Assembly (NCBI RefSeq): GCF_018350175.1
Contig: NC_058368.1
Span: forward strand, 235,602,001 to 235,666,000
Direction of reading: 5' to 3'
Source: Felis catus
Lineage: Eukaryota
Length of the DNA stretch: 64,000 bases
The stretch's first letter is position 1, and every line of letters begins with the position of its first letter. The notes under the pieces were generated by a model. That model was not told the DNA's origin and made no database searches. It saw only the letters and a list, made by a program, of their open reading frames with translations. Below, piece after piece: positions 37,356-50,530 of this stretch. The position numbers and the translations under genes were made by a program.

Positions 37356-37580
37356 TTTTTTTTTAATTTTTTTTTCAACGTTTATTTTTATTTTTGGGAC
37401 AGAGAGAGACAGAGCATGAACGGGGGAGGGGCAGAGAGAGAGGGAGACACAGAATCGGAAACAGGCTCCAGGCTCTGAGCCATCAGCCCAGAGCCCGATG
37501 CGGGGCTCGAACTCACGGACTGCGAGATCGTGACCTGGCTGAAGTCGGACGCTTAACCGACAGCACCACCCAGGCGCCCC
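37356..37580 (-). mobile_element. Young SINEC_Fc
   Basis: Near consensus; TSD aagtttttttt..ctt. Confidence 0.95.
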
Positions 37581-38539
37581 AAGTTTTTTTTTTCTTAATC
37601 AACCACTTAGTCGTATAAAGAACTGTTGGTATTTTATTTTAGTAACACACACACACACACAACAAAAAGCATGTATTCATGTGGTTTATTAAACCCCATC
37701 AGTGTAACATATCTAGCAGTATATTTAAGATTTTCAAGTAGATCCTGAGTTCTTTTGGGTGTAATTGAACCTTTCACACATTTTCCAGCTTAAATAAGTT
37801 TCTCTTGCCGCCTCTAAGACACTCGTTACTTAATATAGTCGCTCATGAAACTAATATTGATTGCTTGTCTGTAACAGGCTTCCCCCTGGGATTTCAGCTG
37901 GGGTACCATCCACCCCCTGAGCCTGGAGACGGGGTACCCGGGCCCCCGGGCAGCATGGCAGGGAAGGCAGGCAGGGTGGCCAGGGAAAGACGGGCAGGAG
38001 ACCATTTGCACTTCTGAGTATTACAAGTTCATTTACTGAGCCTGTTTTAAAAAAACAGTCCTTTGTAACTTCTAAGAGCTCAGTATTATTAAAAACAGAA
38101 ACATTTGTTTTCTGACATTCTACATTACACGTGTTTTCTTCCCAGCTGACAAGTGGCTTTTAGCTTTCTCCGTGATGGGTTAACCAGGCAGGTCAACAGG
38201 CATCAGTGTTTCCCTGCATGGGTTTGCTGTCATTGGCTTGCTGGCCTTCCTCAAGGTCACCTGCTTCCCGGTAAGACCCCCCCGCCACCCTCCACCAGAG
38301 GAGTATGGATAAGTGCTCTGTGTATTCACATCTTGATGTCCTTGGGAAGGTTTTACAGTTTTGCTCAAAAAGATGCTGCATTTCAATTCTGTGCTCTTGC
38401 AAATATTGCTTTCCATAACATTTCTAATAGTTACTTCTGAAATATAGAAACATATTGTTCTTGTTCATTTAGTTTTATCGGTCACCCTGATGTGTTTTTG
38501 CGTCTGTGTGTTTTTTTCCAGTAGACCAACTCAGTATGT

Positions 38540-38834
38540 ATGTATGTATATATGTATTGATAATTTTTTATTTTTTAAAATTCATGACACATTTTAATGT
38601 TTATTTACTGACTTTTTTGTTTTGTTTTGTTTTTTTGGAGAGAGAGAGAGAGCGAGAGAGAGCGCACAGACAGGGAACGGATAGAGAGAGAAAGGGAGAC
38701 ACAGAATCTTATGTAGGTTCAAGGCTCCAAGCTGTCAGCACAGAGCCCAATGAGGGGCTCAAACTCACGAACTGTGAGATCATGACCTGAGCCGAAGTCA
38801 GATGCTCAACCGACTGAGCCACCCAGGCACCCCC
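38540..38834 (-). mobile_element. Can-SINE with long degenerate tail
   Basis: TSD caactcagtat. Confidence 0.9.
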
Positions 38835-39404
38835 CAACTCAGTATTTATAAATGATGATTGTTAGTAGAACGTTGCATTGTGACATATTTCTCAGATTTC
38901 TTCAAGTCTTGGGAAAATGGTGACTGCTTAGAGAAAAATGTGAGTTCTAAAATGCATGGCAAATAACCTTGGCTCCTTCCAGAGGTTCCTGGGAATGACT
39001 TTGCAGTTCTGAGTTAGCTGGGCCAACAGCCATGTATTCCTCAGTCACCAAGCAAGTTTTTCAGGAATATATACGGAATTCTACCCCGGCTTTGGGAATG
39101 CACTGAAATGTGGATGCTTTTCTTGGCTTCCGTATCATCTCTCCTGCCCTTGACTGAAGTCTTTTCTATCCAACCCCGATCTCTTCACTACTTTTCCTAT
39201 TTGTATTTTGTAATCTCTTTGTCTCCTTAGCTTCTCTGTTTGTTGCTCTTTCTTTTTCCTCACTTTAAGAAAATTCTTCAGTGAAAATAGACAATTTATT
39301 AACTACTTGTAGTCAGCTAGAGCCCTCACATCTATTGATAGTTTTCATTTTAATGATTATATTTTCAACGCCAAGTTTGGTTCATATTTTGCAGAATACT
39401 CTTA

Positions 39405-40725
39405 TTCAGACAAACTTTTGACTTCAGATCAGTTCTAGCTTCATAGACGAGTTGCAAAGATAGTACAAAGTATTTCTTTATACTCTGAATCCAGATTCCC
39501 TCCTTGTTAATAAATAACTTCCATTGATATTAAATGTTTGTCACAAGTAATAAAACAATCATGATGCATTATTATTAACCAATTTCCATATTCGGATTCC
39601 TTTAGTGTTACCTAATGTTCTTTTTTGTTCCAGAACCCAGTATGGAATATCACACTGCATTTGATCATAATGTCTCATTAGATTCCTTTGGGCTGTGACA
39701 TTTTCTCAGACTTGCCTTATTTTTGATGACCTTGGCAGCTTTGCAAAATACTGATCAGGAGTTTTATAGATTTTGGCTCGACTTGGACTTGTTTGATGTT
39801 TTTCTCATGATCAGACTGGTATTATGGATTTTGGAAGGAAGACCACAGTGTAAAGTGCCATTCCCATCACATAATATGAAGGGTCCCTACTGTCAACATG
39901 ACCTTGTAGTGATGGTGTTGACCTCGATCACCTGGCCAAGGTTGTGTTTTCCGGCCATCCCCATCACAATGTTACCTTTCTCCCTTTCTAGACTGTTTTG
40001 TCTGGTAATACCTGACACCAAGCATTCCCCACCTACGGGTGACCCACCCGTAGGGAGGGGTGACCCTCTCTTAGCATGGAGAGCTAAGCCAAACCTTTTT
40101 GTCTTAATATATATTTTTAAATGTTTTATTTATTTTTGAGAGGAAGAGTGAGCAGGGGTGGGGGCAGCAAGAGAGGTGGGGACAGAGGATTCAAGGCTGG
40201 CTCCACACCGACGGCAGCGAGCCTGATGCGGGGTTCAAACTCAGGGACTGTGAGATCATTACCTGAGTCGAAATCCGACGCTCAATCCACTGAGCCACCC
40301 AGGTGCCCTGAGAAACCTTCTTGATGAAGGAATGTCTACATATGCTCCTTGGAATTCTTCTCTATGGGAGATTTGTCTTTTATTTCCCATCTGCTGATTC
40401 ATTCAATCACGTCTTTGTATCAATACGGACTCAAGGGTTTATTACATACTTTGGGCTGTAAGACCACATTACCTTATTTATTTTGTTGCTCAAATTGTTC
40501 CAGCTTCAGTCATTGTGAGTACTTTCAATCAGTTCTCGTGTCATGACCCCATCGTTTTATTTTCTGAGTATTCACTTACATTCTGATATATTTCCTGTCA
40601 CAGCCCCAGAATCAGCCATTTCTCTAAGGAGTGCTGGGTCCCTCTAGGGGAGAATGGTATTAGGAACCAAGATCTGGATGCTGGATGTGCTCATTTCCAC
40701 TGGAGTGTCATGGTTTCTAGTTCCA
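39405..40725 (-). mobile_element. Ancient L1MC4-like 3' UTR, interrupted by a SINE
   Basis: Recalled L1MC motifs: TTGCAAAGATAGTACA, TTGATGACCTTG.CAG, TTCTCATGATCAGACTG, TTTTGTTGCTCAAATTGTTCCAGCTT, GAATCAGCCATTTCTCTAAGGAG, ACCAAGATCTGG.TGCT. Confidence 0.75.
40098..40308 (-). mobile_element. Older Can-SINE
   Basis: Reverse SINEC body. Confidence 0.87.
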
Positions 40726-40983
40726 ATTTTAAAAATAGCTTTTTTTTTTAAAGGTATGATTGGCACCCAATGAAACCACATCTTGCAGTGTGCAACTTGG
40801 TAAGTTTTTACTTTACATACATATCTGTGAAGCCATTACCGCAATCAAGACAATGAACATATATCTCAGTCCCAAAGGGTCTTCATGTCTGCGTACCCTC
40901 TCCCTCTTTCCCTTCCCACCACCCCTCACCCACCACCCATCCCAGACAACCAAGACTTGGCTTCTTTACTCAGCATATTATTT

Positions 40984-41203
40984 AAAAAAAATTTTTTTTT
41001 TTCAACGTTTATTTATTTTGGGGACAGAGAGAGACAGAGCATGAACGGGGGAGGGGCAGAGAGAGGGAGACACAGAATCGGAAACAGGCTCCAGGCTCCG
41101 AGCAATCAGCCCAGAGCCTGACGCGGGGCTCGAACTCACGGACCACGAGATCGTGACCTGGCTGAAGTCGGACGCTTAACCAACTGCGCCACCCAGGCGC
41201 CCC
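40984..41203 (-). mobile_element. Young SINEC_Fc
   Basis: TSD tactcagcatattattt. Confidence 0.95.
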
Positions 41204-41302
41204 ATACTCAGCATATTATTTTGAGGTTCATTGATGTTGCTGTATGAGTCAATAGTTAATGCATTTTTATTGCTGAGCAATATTCTGCTGAGTACTACAC
41301 TA

Positions 41303-41524
41303 TGATTGATTGATTGATTGATTGATTGATGTTTATTTATTTTTGAGAGAGAGAGCACAAGCTGGGGAGGAGCAGAGGGACGGGGGGAGACACAGAATCC
41401 AAAGCAGGCTCCAGGCTCTGAGCTGTCAGCACAGAGCCCGATGTGGGGCTCGAACTCACGAGCCATGAGATCATGACCTGAGCTGAAGTTGGATGCTAAA
41501 TCGACAGAGCCACCCAAGTGCCCC
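41303..41524 (-). mobile_element. Can-SINE with (TGAT)n tail
   Basis: Reverse SINEC; TSD ctat(g/a)attgattg. Confidence 0.92.
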
Positions 41525-42199
41525 TATAATTGATTGATTGATTGATTCCCTTGTTGTTGGACATTTAGGTGGATTCCAATTTTGTACCATTAAACGCAAA
41601 GCTGCTCTAAGCTTTTGTGTGTATATGTGCTTTAATTTTTCTTGGGTAAATATTACAAGTGGAATTTTTTTGTGAACAGTGAATAATTTACTGTTTCCAA
41701 ATGGTTGTATAAGGGTGTTGAAAGTTTTTTTAATCTTTGTTTTTGTTGCTGTGATAGTTCAGTCAGGTTCCCACTTATATATCCATTCCTAATCACATCT
41801 TAGTGTGTTTTCCCTATTAACTTCATTTACAAAAATTCGATACTTTGACTTTTTAGAAATTTAAATATTTTAATATTTTCTCTTTGTGTCTTTTTAGGGG
41901 TTAATTGGAAATAACTTTCTCTTTGTTCCTTTTGTTTGTGTGTTTCTGAGGAAAACTTAGTAGTTTGGGATTTTGTTTCTAGCCTACAACTCCTTACCCT
42001 AGAGAGAACAGGAATATTTAATTTAACAGAGTCTAGAGTTAACATATTTCTGAACTATCCTCCTGAGCATTAGGATTTAGCATCAGATCCTTTAAACAGC
42101 TCCAATCTCTCTGCTCTCCTTGTCCCAGGTTTTAGCTTCATCTTGGTATCTCAACCCACATATTACAGAAGATTGGTATTGATTTATGCAGTTAAAATA

Positions 42200-42760
42200 T
42201 GATCCGTGGTGCTACCCCTTGCTTTCCTTTTTCCTTACCATTTTTCTTGCATTCCAAATTTCCTCCCGGGGTAACATTTCATTTCCCAAAGTACATGATT
42301 TCTCCCAGGGAAAATTTAGTAGTAGTCCAACCCCTGTATTTTTATTATTATTATTATTATTTTTTAATCCCTGCGGTTGGAACATGGTCTCACTGGGGAT
42401 AGAATTCTAGCCCGATAGGTGTTTTCTCACGGAACATTAGAGCTGATGTTGCAGTGGCTACTGGCTTTCTTTATTGTGGTTGAGAAGTTAACTGTGAAGC
42501 TAATTGCCATTCTGGTCATTCTGCTAAAATCTGCATTTTCTTAGGATTCCTTTAAAGATCTTCGCCTTGTATTCAATAATCTTTCATGTCACTATAATGT
42601 GCATTTATGTGAATTGGTTTTCGTTAATCCTGCCTGAGATTAAAATCCTAAAATTGGAGCAGGATTTTAAAATCTGGAAAATACGGTAATGATTTTACCG
42701 TCCTATTTATTGGACCTTCCTATTTATTGGACCTTTTCTCTGTTCCTCATGTCTTCTCAG
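42200..42760 (-). mobile_element. Ancient L1 ORF1 / HAL1-like remnant
   Basis: CACTGGGGATAGAATTCTAG...TTGAGAAGT...TCACTATAATGTG resembles antisense L1 ORF1. Highly diverged. Confidence 0.5.
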
Positions 42761-42886
42761 CTAGAAGGGTACATTCTTTACAAATAGTCTGAAACATAAA
42801 AACCACTTGCTTCTACTTCTAAGGAGAGTAACCGAGAAGTTTTGCAAAGGAAATTCCAGTAGGAGAGAAGATTTAGCATGATCTTT

Positions 42887-43118
42887 AACAAAATTTTTTT
42901 TAATGTTTACTTATTTGAGAGAGAGAGACGGAGAGACAGAGAGAGACAGAGCATGAGCAGGGGAGGGGCAGAGAGAGAGGGAGACACAGAATCCAAAGCA
43001 GGCTCCGGGCTCTGAGCTGTCAGCGCAGAGCCCGACGTGGGGCTCGAACCCATGAGCCCTGAGATCGTGACCTGAGCGGAAGTCAGACGCTTAACCAACT
43101 GAGCCCCCCAGGTGACCC
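42887..43118 (-). mobile_element. Can-SINE
   Basis: TSD agcatg(a/g)tcttt. Confidence 0.93.
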
Positions 43119-44968
43119 AGCATGGTCTTTTGAACTTGAATGTACTCACAGGTAGATAAGAGATATGTGATAGAGATATTCTCTTTGGAGGTAAGAATCT
43201 TGTGTGTGTGTGCAAGAGCATAAGTTGTCAGGAAAAATCTCTCTGATGTACAAAGGACAGGGTGGATGGATCCCAGCCAGTGCAACGCCCTGCTTGCTCC
43301 AGGAAACAAGGTTCTTAGTTCACGCTGGTGCATGGTACTTGAGAGATCCAAGTTCTCTGCCCTCTCTGATAATTGAATTCTACATCTTTTTGGCAAGTTT
43401 TTAATGAAGGAGAGTATATAAAACACACACAATACAAAATAACGAAAGTAAATGACTAAAATTTGGCTTAAAAACATCTCTTAGGAATTCTTGATATACG
43501 TGAACAGAATTTATGGAGAATTTCTTGGAAACAGGGCAGAACATGAGAAAACAGCAGGTGAATGAATGTGGACCAAAAATCCATGCACTTGAACCTAGGA
43601 TCAAGGGAAACCCGAGTTAGCAGCTTATTTGCATTGGGTCCTCTGTAAAAAAAAAATTCACGTTGGAAAGGACAGAAACAATGTGCTGTGTTCTTGCTCA
43701 TGGAATCACAGTGAGGGTTCTCCGCACGGGGTCGGTGGGGGCATGGAAACCTTCTGGGAGTCAGACTTTGGATGGCATGAATGCCAAGTGTCATCAGGTG
43801 CAGCACCGAGAAGGCCAGCTAAGGGACCCCGCGTGAAGCACCCTGGATTTTCCTACAACCCCACAAGCAGTCTTCCTCAGGCTCTGGGACAGGACTGTCC
43901 CCTCCGCAGATTTCTGATGCATTCAACACACACTTGACCCTGGTCACCTGGCCCTCCGTGATGGGCACACGACAGACTGGATGAATCTAGAAGAAAGATC
44001 CTTTGTAACAGTGTAAACACCTCTCCTCCTTATCAGGGATACTTGTGAATCTCCTCATTTGTCATCTCTGCTCTACGGGGCATAAGGAACAGCGTGCTCA
44101 TCTGTCCAGAATGGCCTGTATGTTGTCAGTGGGCCTTCGATGTCTATTTGTGGACACCACGTTTTACATCTTGGGTTAGCCATTCAACCCCCTGAGATGT
44201 CTTAATTGACAACATAAAGGCCTTGGGCCATTCATCTGTTATATCAAATGACTTCGAGGCTCACCATTTTCCTCTTAGTCTCTCAACACTTGATGATTCC
44301 ACCATACAGATAACAGTTATTCGCTGACACCTCTCCTGTGACCGTGTTGGGGAACAATTCCTGGGCTTTTAGGAATTACCACCCAGCATCTGCGACTCCC
44401 AAACCTCACGTCTGCTTCCTAAAAAACACAGGTCTGGCAGGAATCACGGCTGAAGATTTTCTTTAGGGCATTAGGCGTTCTTTATTTGCAGTTTCCATTT
44501 CAGTTAAAATTGACTTCTCCAACCGTTAAAACTCTGAGGATTTAATAGTTGCACTCATGAAAAACACACCGTCAACAAGGTTTGGAAAAACACCCCCGCT
44601 TCTTTGAGCCCCTCTCAGTAACTGACGCACTGGGAAAGTGAGGTGGCGGCTATGAAGGTCAAGTCCATGAGTTCAAACGCTGAGCTCCATGCGGAGAGGA
44701 CAGCGAAGTAGACGAAGGACTTGGGCTTGAGTTTGAAATTCTGAATTTCCAGCCGTAGGAACTTGCATGAATCATATAACTGTCATTATCCTAACTGAGT
44801 CATTATCCTAATCTGTACCTATGAGTACAGATCCTGCTTTGTTCATCTTACACTGTCGACCGTGAAAATCACAAGATAGTATCGGTCAAACTGTTCAACA
44901 CCATGAACTAGTGAGTAATTCAGTAGGACGCCATTGGTAACCACAGTGTTCCATAGACCTACCATGGA

Positions 44969-45027
44969 TTTTTTAAATTTTATTTTACTTAATTTTTTTT
45001 AATGTTTATTTATTTCTGAGGGAGAAA

Positions 45028-45062
<35 letters not shown>

Positions 45063-45230
45063 CATGAGTGGGGGAGGGGCAGAGAGAGAGGGAGACACAG
45101 AATCCAAAGCAGGCTCCAGGCTCCGAGCTGTCAGCACAGAGCCCGACGCCGGGCTGGACCCCACCGTCCGTGAGATCATGACCTGAGCCGACGTCCAGAC
45201 GTGTAACCAACTGAGCCACCCAGGCGCCCC
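44969..45230 (-). mobile_element. Can-SINE
   Basis: Full reverse SINEC with expanded (GA)n/(GAGACA)n. Confidence 0.93.
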
Positions 45231-46114
45231 AACATTCACCTTCTGAGCGTGAGTTCATTGTTAAAACAGCAGCAGTGTTTTTCTTCATTTATGTTGGTAT
45301 TCAGAGTAAATCACTCAGGCTTTATTAATTGATGTGGATCCTACTGTTTATTGCTGTAATCAGACATCTGGCTTGAATGACTGGTTCTTGTTGGGCGTCA
45401 CCGTATTGCAACTGTTTTGTCCTGGGCACGGGGCGTAGAGCACAGGGTTGTGCGTGACCAGTTAGCAGAGACGAACGTGTGATTCCGTGTGCACAACGTT
45501 AGTTTTCTCACGGTGCCTTCCATCAAGCATGTGGGCTCTTGGAAGAGGCACTGAGGGCGTAAGAGAGTCCCTTTTGTCCGACAAACTAGCAACAGATTGT
45601 GTGAAACGATTTCCACCCGACCTAGAGCTGGCTGTTGTTGTTATGAAGCGCGGTGTCACCCCGGTGGGGTGGGGGGGGCTGTGTCGCCCAGACGGCCTTG
45701 CACCTCGGTTAATAGTTCACTCTCCACATAACTGATTTCTGAGCCCAGTGGTGTTTCCAAGTGTTCCGGTGACCGCCCTCGTCACTGAGTAACTGGGGTT
45801 AACACAAAACATGTCACCGTGGCCCCCTCAAAATTCTTCTTTCTTGGGTCTCCAGGCCATACATCATGTGGGGAATTCAATTTCCCATCAGTGGAAAGAT
45901 TAATGTTTTATCTGAGCGGAGTCCCCTCAAGCCCACGAACTCTAAGACCAGCGATCTCGAGGCTTTCGGACAAGAGGCTTTTGTGTCTAAAATTTGGTTT
46001 CATTAAGGCTTCGGATTCCCCTTCAAGTGTGCGTGCATACCTGGGGAAATACTCCACTGATGCGATGTGTTGAAGCACTGGTCGGTGGTCATACCCGAAG
46101 CAAAGCTTGTCGTC

Positions 46115-46138
46115 GGGGGGGGGGGGGGGGGGGGGGGG
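46115..46138. repeat. G24 homopolymer
   Basis: Seen directly. Confidence 0.9.
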
Positions 46139-46886
46139 CTGTGGTCAGGGCAAGCGGGAGGTGGCCCGGGTGGGAGATCTCACTTAGGGCCTTTCTCGTC
46201 CTCTCTTTCCTGGAAGCCCCCCACCCCCAGCTTGGCTTGTGTGTTCTCTGCTCCCTATGTGGGTGCTCCCCGCAGGTAAAGAACAACCAACCTGGTGAGC
46301 CAGAGGCACTCATAGCCTGCCATACGGCCCTAAGAAAGCCAGGTTGACAAATCCCCCATTTTGGTTATGAATTTCTGCGTGACAGCTGGCCGTCCTGGGG
46401 CATCTACGATGCACCAGAGTGTTTATCCACCTGTTAAATCAGCACCGTCCCCCCGAGGTGGACCAGGTGGATGGCGGTTGACTCCTGCTTCACAGAGGGG
46501 GACACTAAGACCCGGGGGGGGGGGGGAGAAGGAACGGCCACAGCTCCTGCGCAGACTTGACCTGGTCACCCTGGGCTCAGCGGCTGTGTCCTCCCAACCT
46601 CCTCTCCCCGGGAGGGGGTGCCCCCTGCAAACCACACGGGTGCTCAGAGCGCTGTGGTCTAAGTGATGCCACTGGTTTCTTGGTTTGGCTGCAAAAGCAC
46701 AGCTGCCCTTGGGGCTCCCAGACCACTGAGCGCCCAGGAAGACTGGTCTGGACAGTAGGGATCTGCTTGGGATTGCAAACCCAGCTTCTTGGTCGTGGTG
46801 GTTATCTACCCCTCCCAAGTCTCCAGACTCTCAGCTTCCTGACAAGCATCTGTTTTTTTTTTTCTTTTGTAACATTTATGACATAC

Positions 46887-47188
46887 TTTTTAAAAATTTT
46901 TGATTCAAGTTTAACATACAGTGTAGTCTTGGCTTGAGGAGGAGAATCTAGTGATGCATCTAACACCCAGCGCTCATCACGACAAGTGCCCTCCTGGATG
47001 CCCTGCGCCCATTTGACCCATGCCCCCCACCCACCGCCCCTCCATCAACCCTCAGTTTCTTCTCTGTACCTAAGAGTCTCTTATGGTTTGCCTCCCTCTC
47101 TGTTTTTATCTTACTTTTCCTTCCCTTCCCTCCCCTACCTTCATCTGTTGAGTTTCTCAAATGCCACATCTGTGTGAAATTTGTCTTT
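46887..47188 (-). mobile_element. Carnivore L1 3' UTR fragment
   Basis: TTAACATACAGTGTAGTCTTGGCTT...AACACCCAG.GCTCATCAC.ACAAGTGCCCTCC...AAGAGTCTCTTATGGTTTGCCTCCCTCTCTG. Confidence 0.85.
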
Positions 47189-47735
47189 GAGAAGGAGGAT
47201 CTTAACCTCGAGGGAAATGGTCACCCGGGGGCTTTTTGATGGTAAGTAGCTCCTTAACAGTTAATTGTTAGGCGAAATACCTGTGTTGAGCTGTTTTTTT
47301 TCCTCCCACTAAGGAATGAGGAAAGACAAGGGAATCGCACGCTTACAGTCTGGTTTCTTTTCAGTGCGTTAAAGAATGCAACTTAGTCTACACAGCAGCC
47401 CTCAACACTCACCTGTCTGGCATTTGCACATTTCTTTAGGACATAACACTGGCTGGGGGGGGGTGGTCTCTGCCACTCCTGGTCTAGGCTCCCCTCCCCT
47501 CCCCGCCCCCATGGGGGATGGGGGGGGTGGGGGTGGGGGAAGGGGGGGAGATGTGAGAAGTGAGTCTCTGTGGTTTCCCTGAACTGTGCGTGATAGAAAT
47601 GCTGATTTTGTCCCGGGCTGCCCTTGCCTGTAGCTTTGAGTCCCCTCTGTGATCCAGCTTTGTCAGGTGCCCTCACTGCATTGTGTTTCATGTGCTATTC
47701 GGGGATTGCTTACCTCGGATTAAAAACAACCAAGA

Positions 47736-48019
47736 GGGGCTCCTGGGTGGCGCAGTCGGTTAAGCGTCCGACTTCAGCCAGGTCACGATCTCGAGGTCCG
47801 TGAGTTCGAGCCCCGCGTCGGGCTCTGGGCTGATGGCTCGGAGCCTGGAGCCTGTTTCCGATTCTGTGTCTCCCTCTCTCTCTGCCCCTCCCCCGTTCAT
47901 GCTCTGTCTCTCTCTGTCCCAAAAATAAGTTAAAAAAAAAAAAACGTTGGGAAAAAAAAATAACAATACAGACAGGATTGCAACCTTCATGGGGCCAACG
48001 TTAAAAAAAAAAAAAACAC
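47736..48019 (+). mobile_element. Young SINEC_Fc with extra 3' unique segment and second poly(A)
   Basis: TSD aacaaccaaga (47725-47735 and 48020-48030) encloses the SINE, its tail, a 42-nt non-SINE segment and an A14 tract. Confidence 0.9.
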
Positions 48020-48045
48020 AACAACCAAGAAATCATTTTGGTGAT

Positions 48046-48262
48046 TTTATTTTATCTTATTTTATTAATGTTTATTTATTTATTTTGACAGAAAAAGCAC
48101 AAGTGTGGCAGGGGCAGAGAGAGAGAGAGAGAGAATCCCAAGCAGGCTCTGTGCTGTCGGCACAGAGCCCGACACAGGACTGGATCCCATGAACCGTGAG
48201 ATCATGACCTGAGCCGAAACCAAGAATCAGACGCTGAATGGACTAAGCCACCCAGGCCCCCC
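48046..48262 (-). mobile_element. Can-SINE
   Basis: Reverse SINEC; TSD tttggtg(a/t)tttta. Confidence 0.9.
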
Positions 48263-50407
48263 ACCGTTTGGTGTTTTTAATGGCATGACTTAGCAGACAA
48301 GTTTCACTTCACACGAGAAACACTCCAGGCCCCCACCTCTGGAGCCTGTTCCTGGGAGCTCTGACAGGTGGCTCTTGACCAATATTCTCTCAAAGGCACG
48401 GTTGAATGTGGCTACTGGGGGGTTTCTTTGTGGCAGAACTGCCCGAGAGGCTTCACCCTGCAGGGGGAACCCTGAATTGCACCTGAGTCAGGAGGGAGGA
48501 AGGGGGTGACAGCTGGAGCCCCGGGCAAGAGGGAGAAAGAAGGAAGGGGTGCGGGGAAGCCCGGGTGGGGGGCACAGGCAGCCCCATCAGTGTACCTTTG
48601 CTCAACTGTACCGTCTCAGAGAATGGCCAGCCTGGTGTGACATGGGCCAGGGCTCGGTCAGAAGATCCAGGCAGCCAGCGGCTCTGGACAACAGGCATGA
48701 GGCCACGAATGATTCCTGGAGCCTGACGCGCTTCATCGTGGAGAATCTGCCCAAATTGTCAGGAGCGCCGGGAAGGAAGCAACATTGTCTCTCCGTGTCA
48801 GTGAAAGAGTAGGGGAAGGCAGGGTGGGCGTGCAGGGGAGGCGGTGGAGAGCTGCAAGGGAAAGGAAGACCCAGTGTGGAGGCCACGTGGTGGGGAAGAG
48901 CTGTCCAAGGTCAGGCTGGCAGCCCGAAGGGAGGGCCGTGATGGTGGTAACGTCTACGTAAGATATCTACGTGCCTTACCGTTGACCATCGAGGCTGAGG
49001 GTGTGTCTTACTAGTGCCCTCGGTTTCTTCCTTCTCCCTGGCAGCATCATTTGTTTCCTGCGGCCCTGGCTTCCAGGGGAAGGGCTTTTGGATTTGTCCA
49101 ACAGCGAGTCCCGGACACGGCAGGCCCCAAGCGAGAAGGGGTCCCAGGCAGAGAGTGGCCGACGGCCTCCCCTTCCCCGCTCCTCTCTTACGTCCAAACT
49201 CTGCCACGATCACAACGGCCGCGCCCACCAGCAGAGCGGCTGTTTAGACGCAAAACTAGCCCGTGGCCGGAGAAGAGAAAGAGGGAAAGCAGAGACAATG
49301 GGCCCCCCAGCCTGGTGGCAGATGGAGCGAGGACAGGTCAAAGAGGCACACCCTCCACCCTCTTGTACGCTTCGGATCCGCCCTGGAGGGTCAGCTCCTC
49401 TGAAAGCAGGCTGTTCAGTTTTGAGGTCTTGGGAGATGAATACCTTCCAAGAAAAAGTAAAGAAAGTCTCTCTGGGTTTACACAGTCCTGGCCCCAGCGT
49501 TTACACTTTCTGGAAACTGTCTGGAAACAGGGGATCATAGTGCCGAGCATTGCGTGAGCGCAGAGAAGCCACGGGGACGGCTGTCACGGAACACACGGCA
49601 GATGCTGGGCTCGGGCTGCCCCTGGAGGGGGTGCCGCGCCTCTGGTCGAACTCCCTTCCCTCTGAAATGCTGCAGGGACAGCGTTCCCTCTCCCGTGAGC
49701 CTTTCGTGGGGGCACCTTGTCTTTGGCTCCATGCACTGGGCACTGCCGAAGACAGCCTACAATCAACACGCGTCACCACGTCCAGCGACGTGCCCGGGAC
49801 GGGGGCGCACAAGGTAACGGGGGCAGGGCTGAGGCGTCCCACCTCCTCCCTCCAGCCCTGGAGGCTGCTTGCGAGCTTTCCTTCCCGTTCGGAGCTGCTC
49901 CTTAAATGGCTTCCGAGCCATTTGCTGTGTCCCCGAGACCGAGTCCTCAGGTCCCCTGGGAGGCTGCAGGCTGTGACTGCGCGGATTCACTGTGGGACGG
50001 AGGCTTCAGACACGTCGCCCTCTCCGTGCACCCAGTTATAACACAGTGACACGCAGACAGAGAAATTCCATCTTTGGAAAAAGAGCGGGGCCACAGAGAC
50101 TTTACAATCAAGTGGAAATATGGAATCCTCTAGAAATGTAAATCACATCTCCATTGTGTTAGAAAAAAACATTTTTTAAGGGACGTGTGTTAGTAGCCTT
50201 TTGAAATTCGTCCTCATCACTCCAGCTGAATAGGCTGAAAATAATTCATAGGCCTTTCTGCATTCTACATTGGGCATTTTGTTCTTTGAATGATCACCTA
50301 CACAACTTACAATATTATTTTGTAGTACATCTCCTAGAGTTCCTCCTGGTATCATACTTTGAAATTTTCCACTTGATTGGCTTTGATATGGCGAACGGTA
50401 TTAATTA

Positions 50408-50530
50408 TGTGTGTGTGCGTATGTGTGTGCACCTGCTTATGTATGTGCTTGTGTGTATGTGTGTGTGCCTGTGTGCACCTGCGTGTGTATGTGCCTGGGT
50501 CTATGTGTGTGCACCTGTGTGTGTATGTGG
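50408..50530. repeat. Degenerate (TG)n repeat
   Basis: Seen directly, with a recurring gtgtgcacctg unit. Confidence 0.85.

Larger units (their letters stand above)
40730..41710 (-). mobile_element. Ancient L1M 3' fragment carrying two SINEs
   Basis: TGGCTTCTTTACTCAGCAT...TTGAGGTTCAT...TTTTTATTGCTGAG...GGACATTTAGGT.GATTCCA...CTTGGGTAAATA. Confidence 0.7.

Noticed and set aside
42701..42734. Perfect 17-bp tandem duplication tcctatttattggacct (similar short duplications near 18197 and 44782)
   Set aside because: Ordinary slippage duplications in neutral DNA. Not an array or a CRISPR-like structure.
44630..44690. tRNA-like B-box sequences (also GGTTCAACTCC near 55947)
   Set aside because: No cloverleaf or proper A box. 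At most an ancient SINE remnant, so no tRNA gene is called.
19593..47990. Recurrent peptides such as GQRETEHERGRGRERGRHRIGNRLQALSHQP and WDRERQSMNGGGAEREGDTESETGSRL
   Set aside because: They are translations of SINEC copies, not a gene family.
49000..50050. GC-rich ORF clusters of 140-180 aa (also 18363-19379 and 62580-63084)
   Set aside because: No domain similarity or supported exon structure. Such ORFs are expected in GC-rich non-coding DNA.
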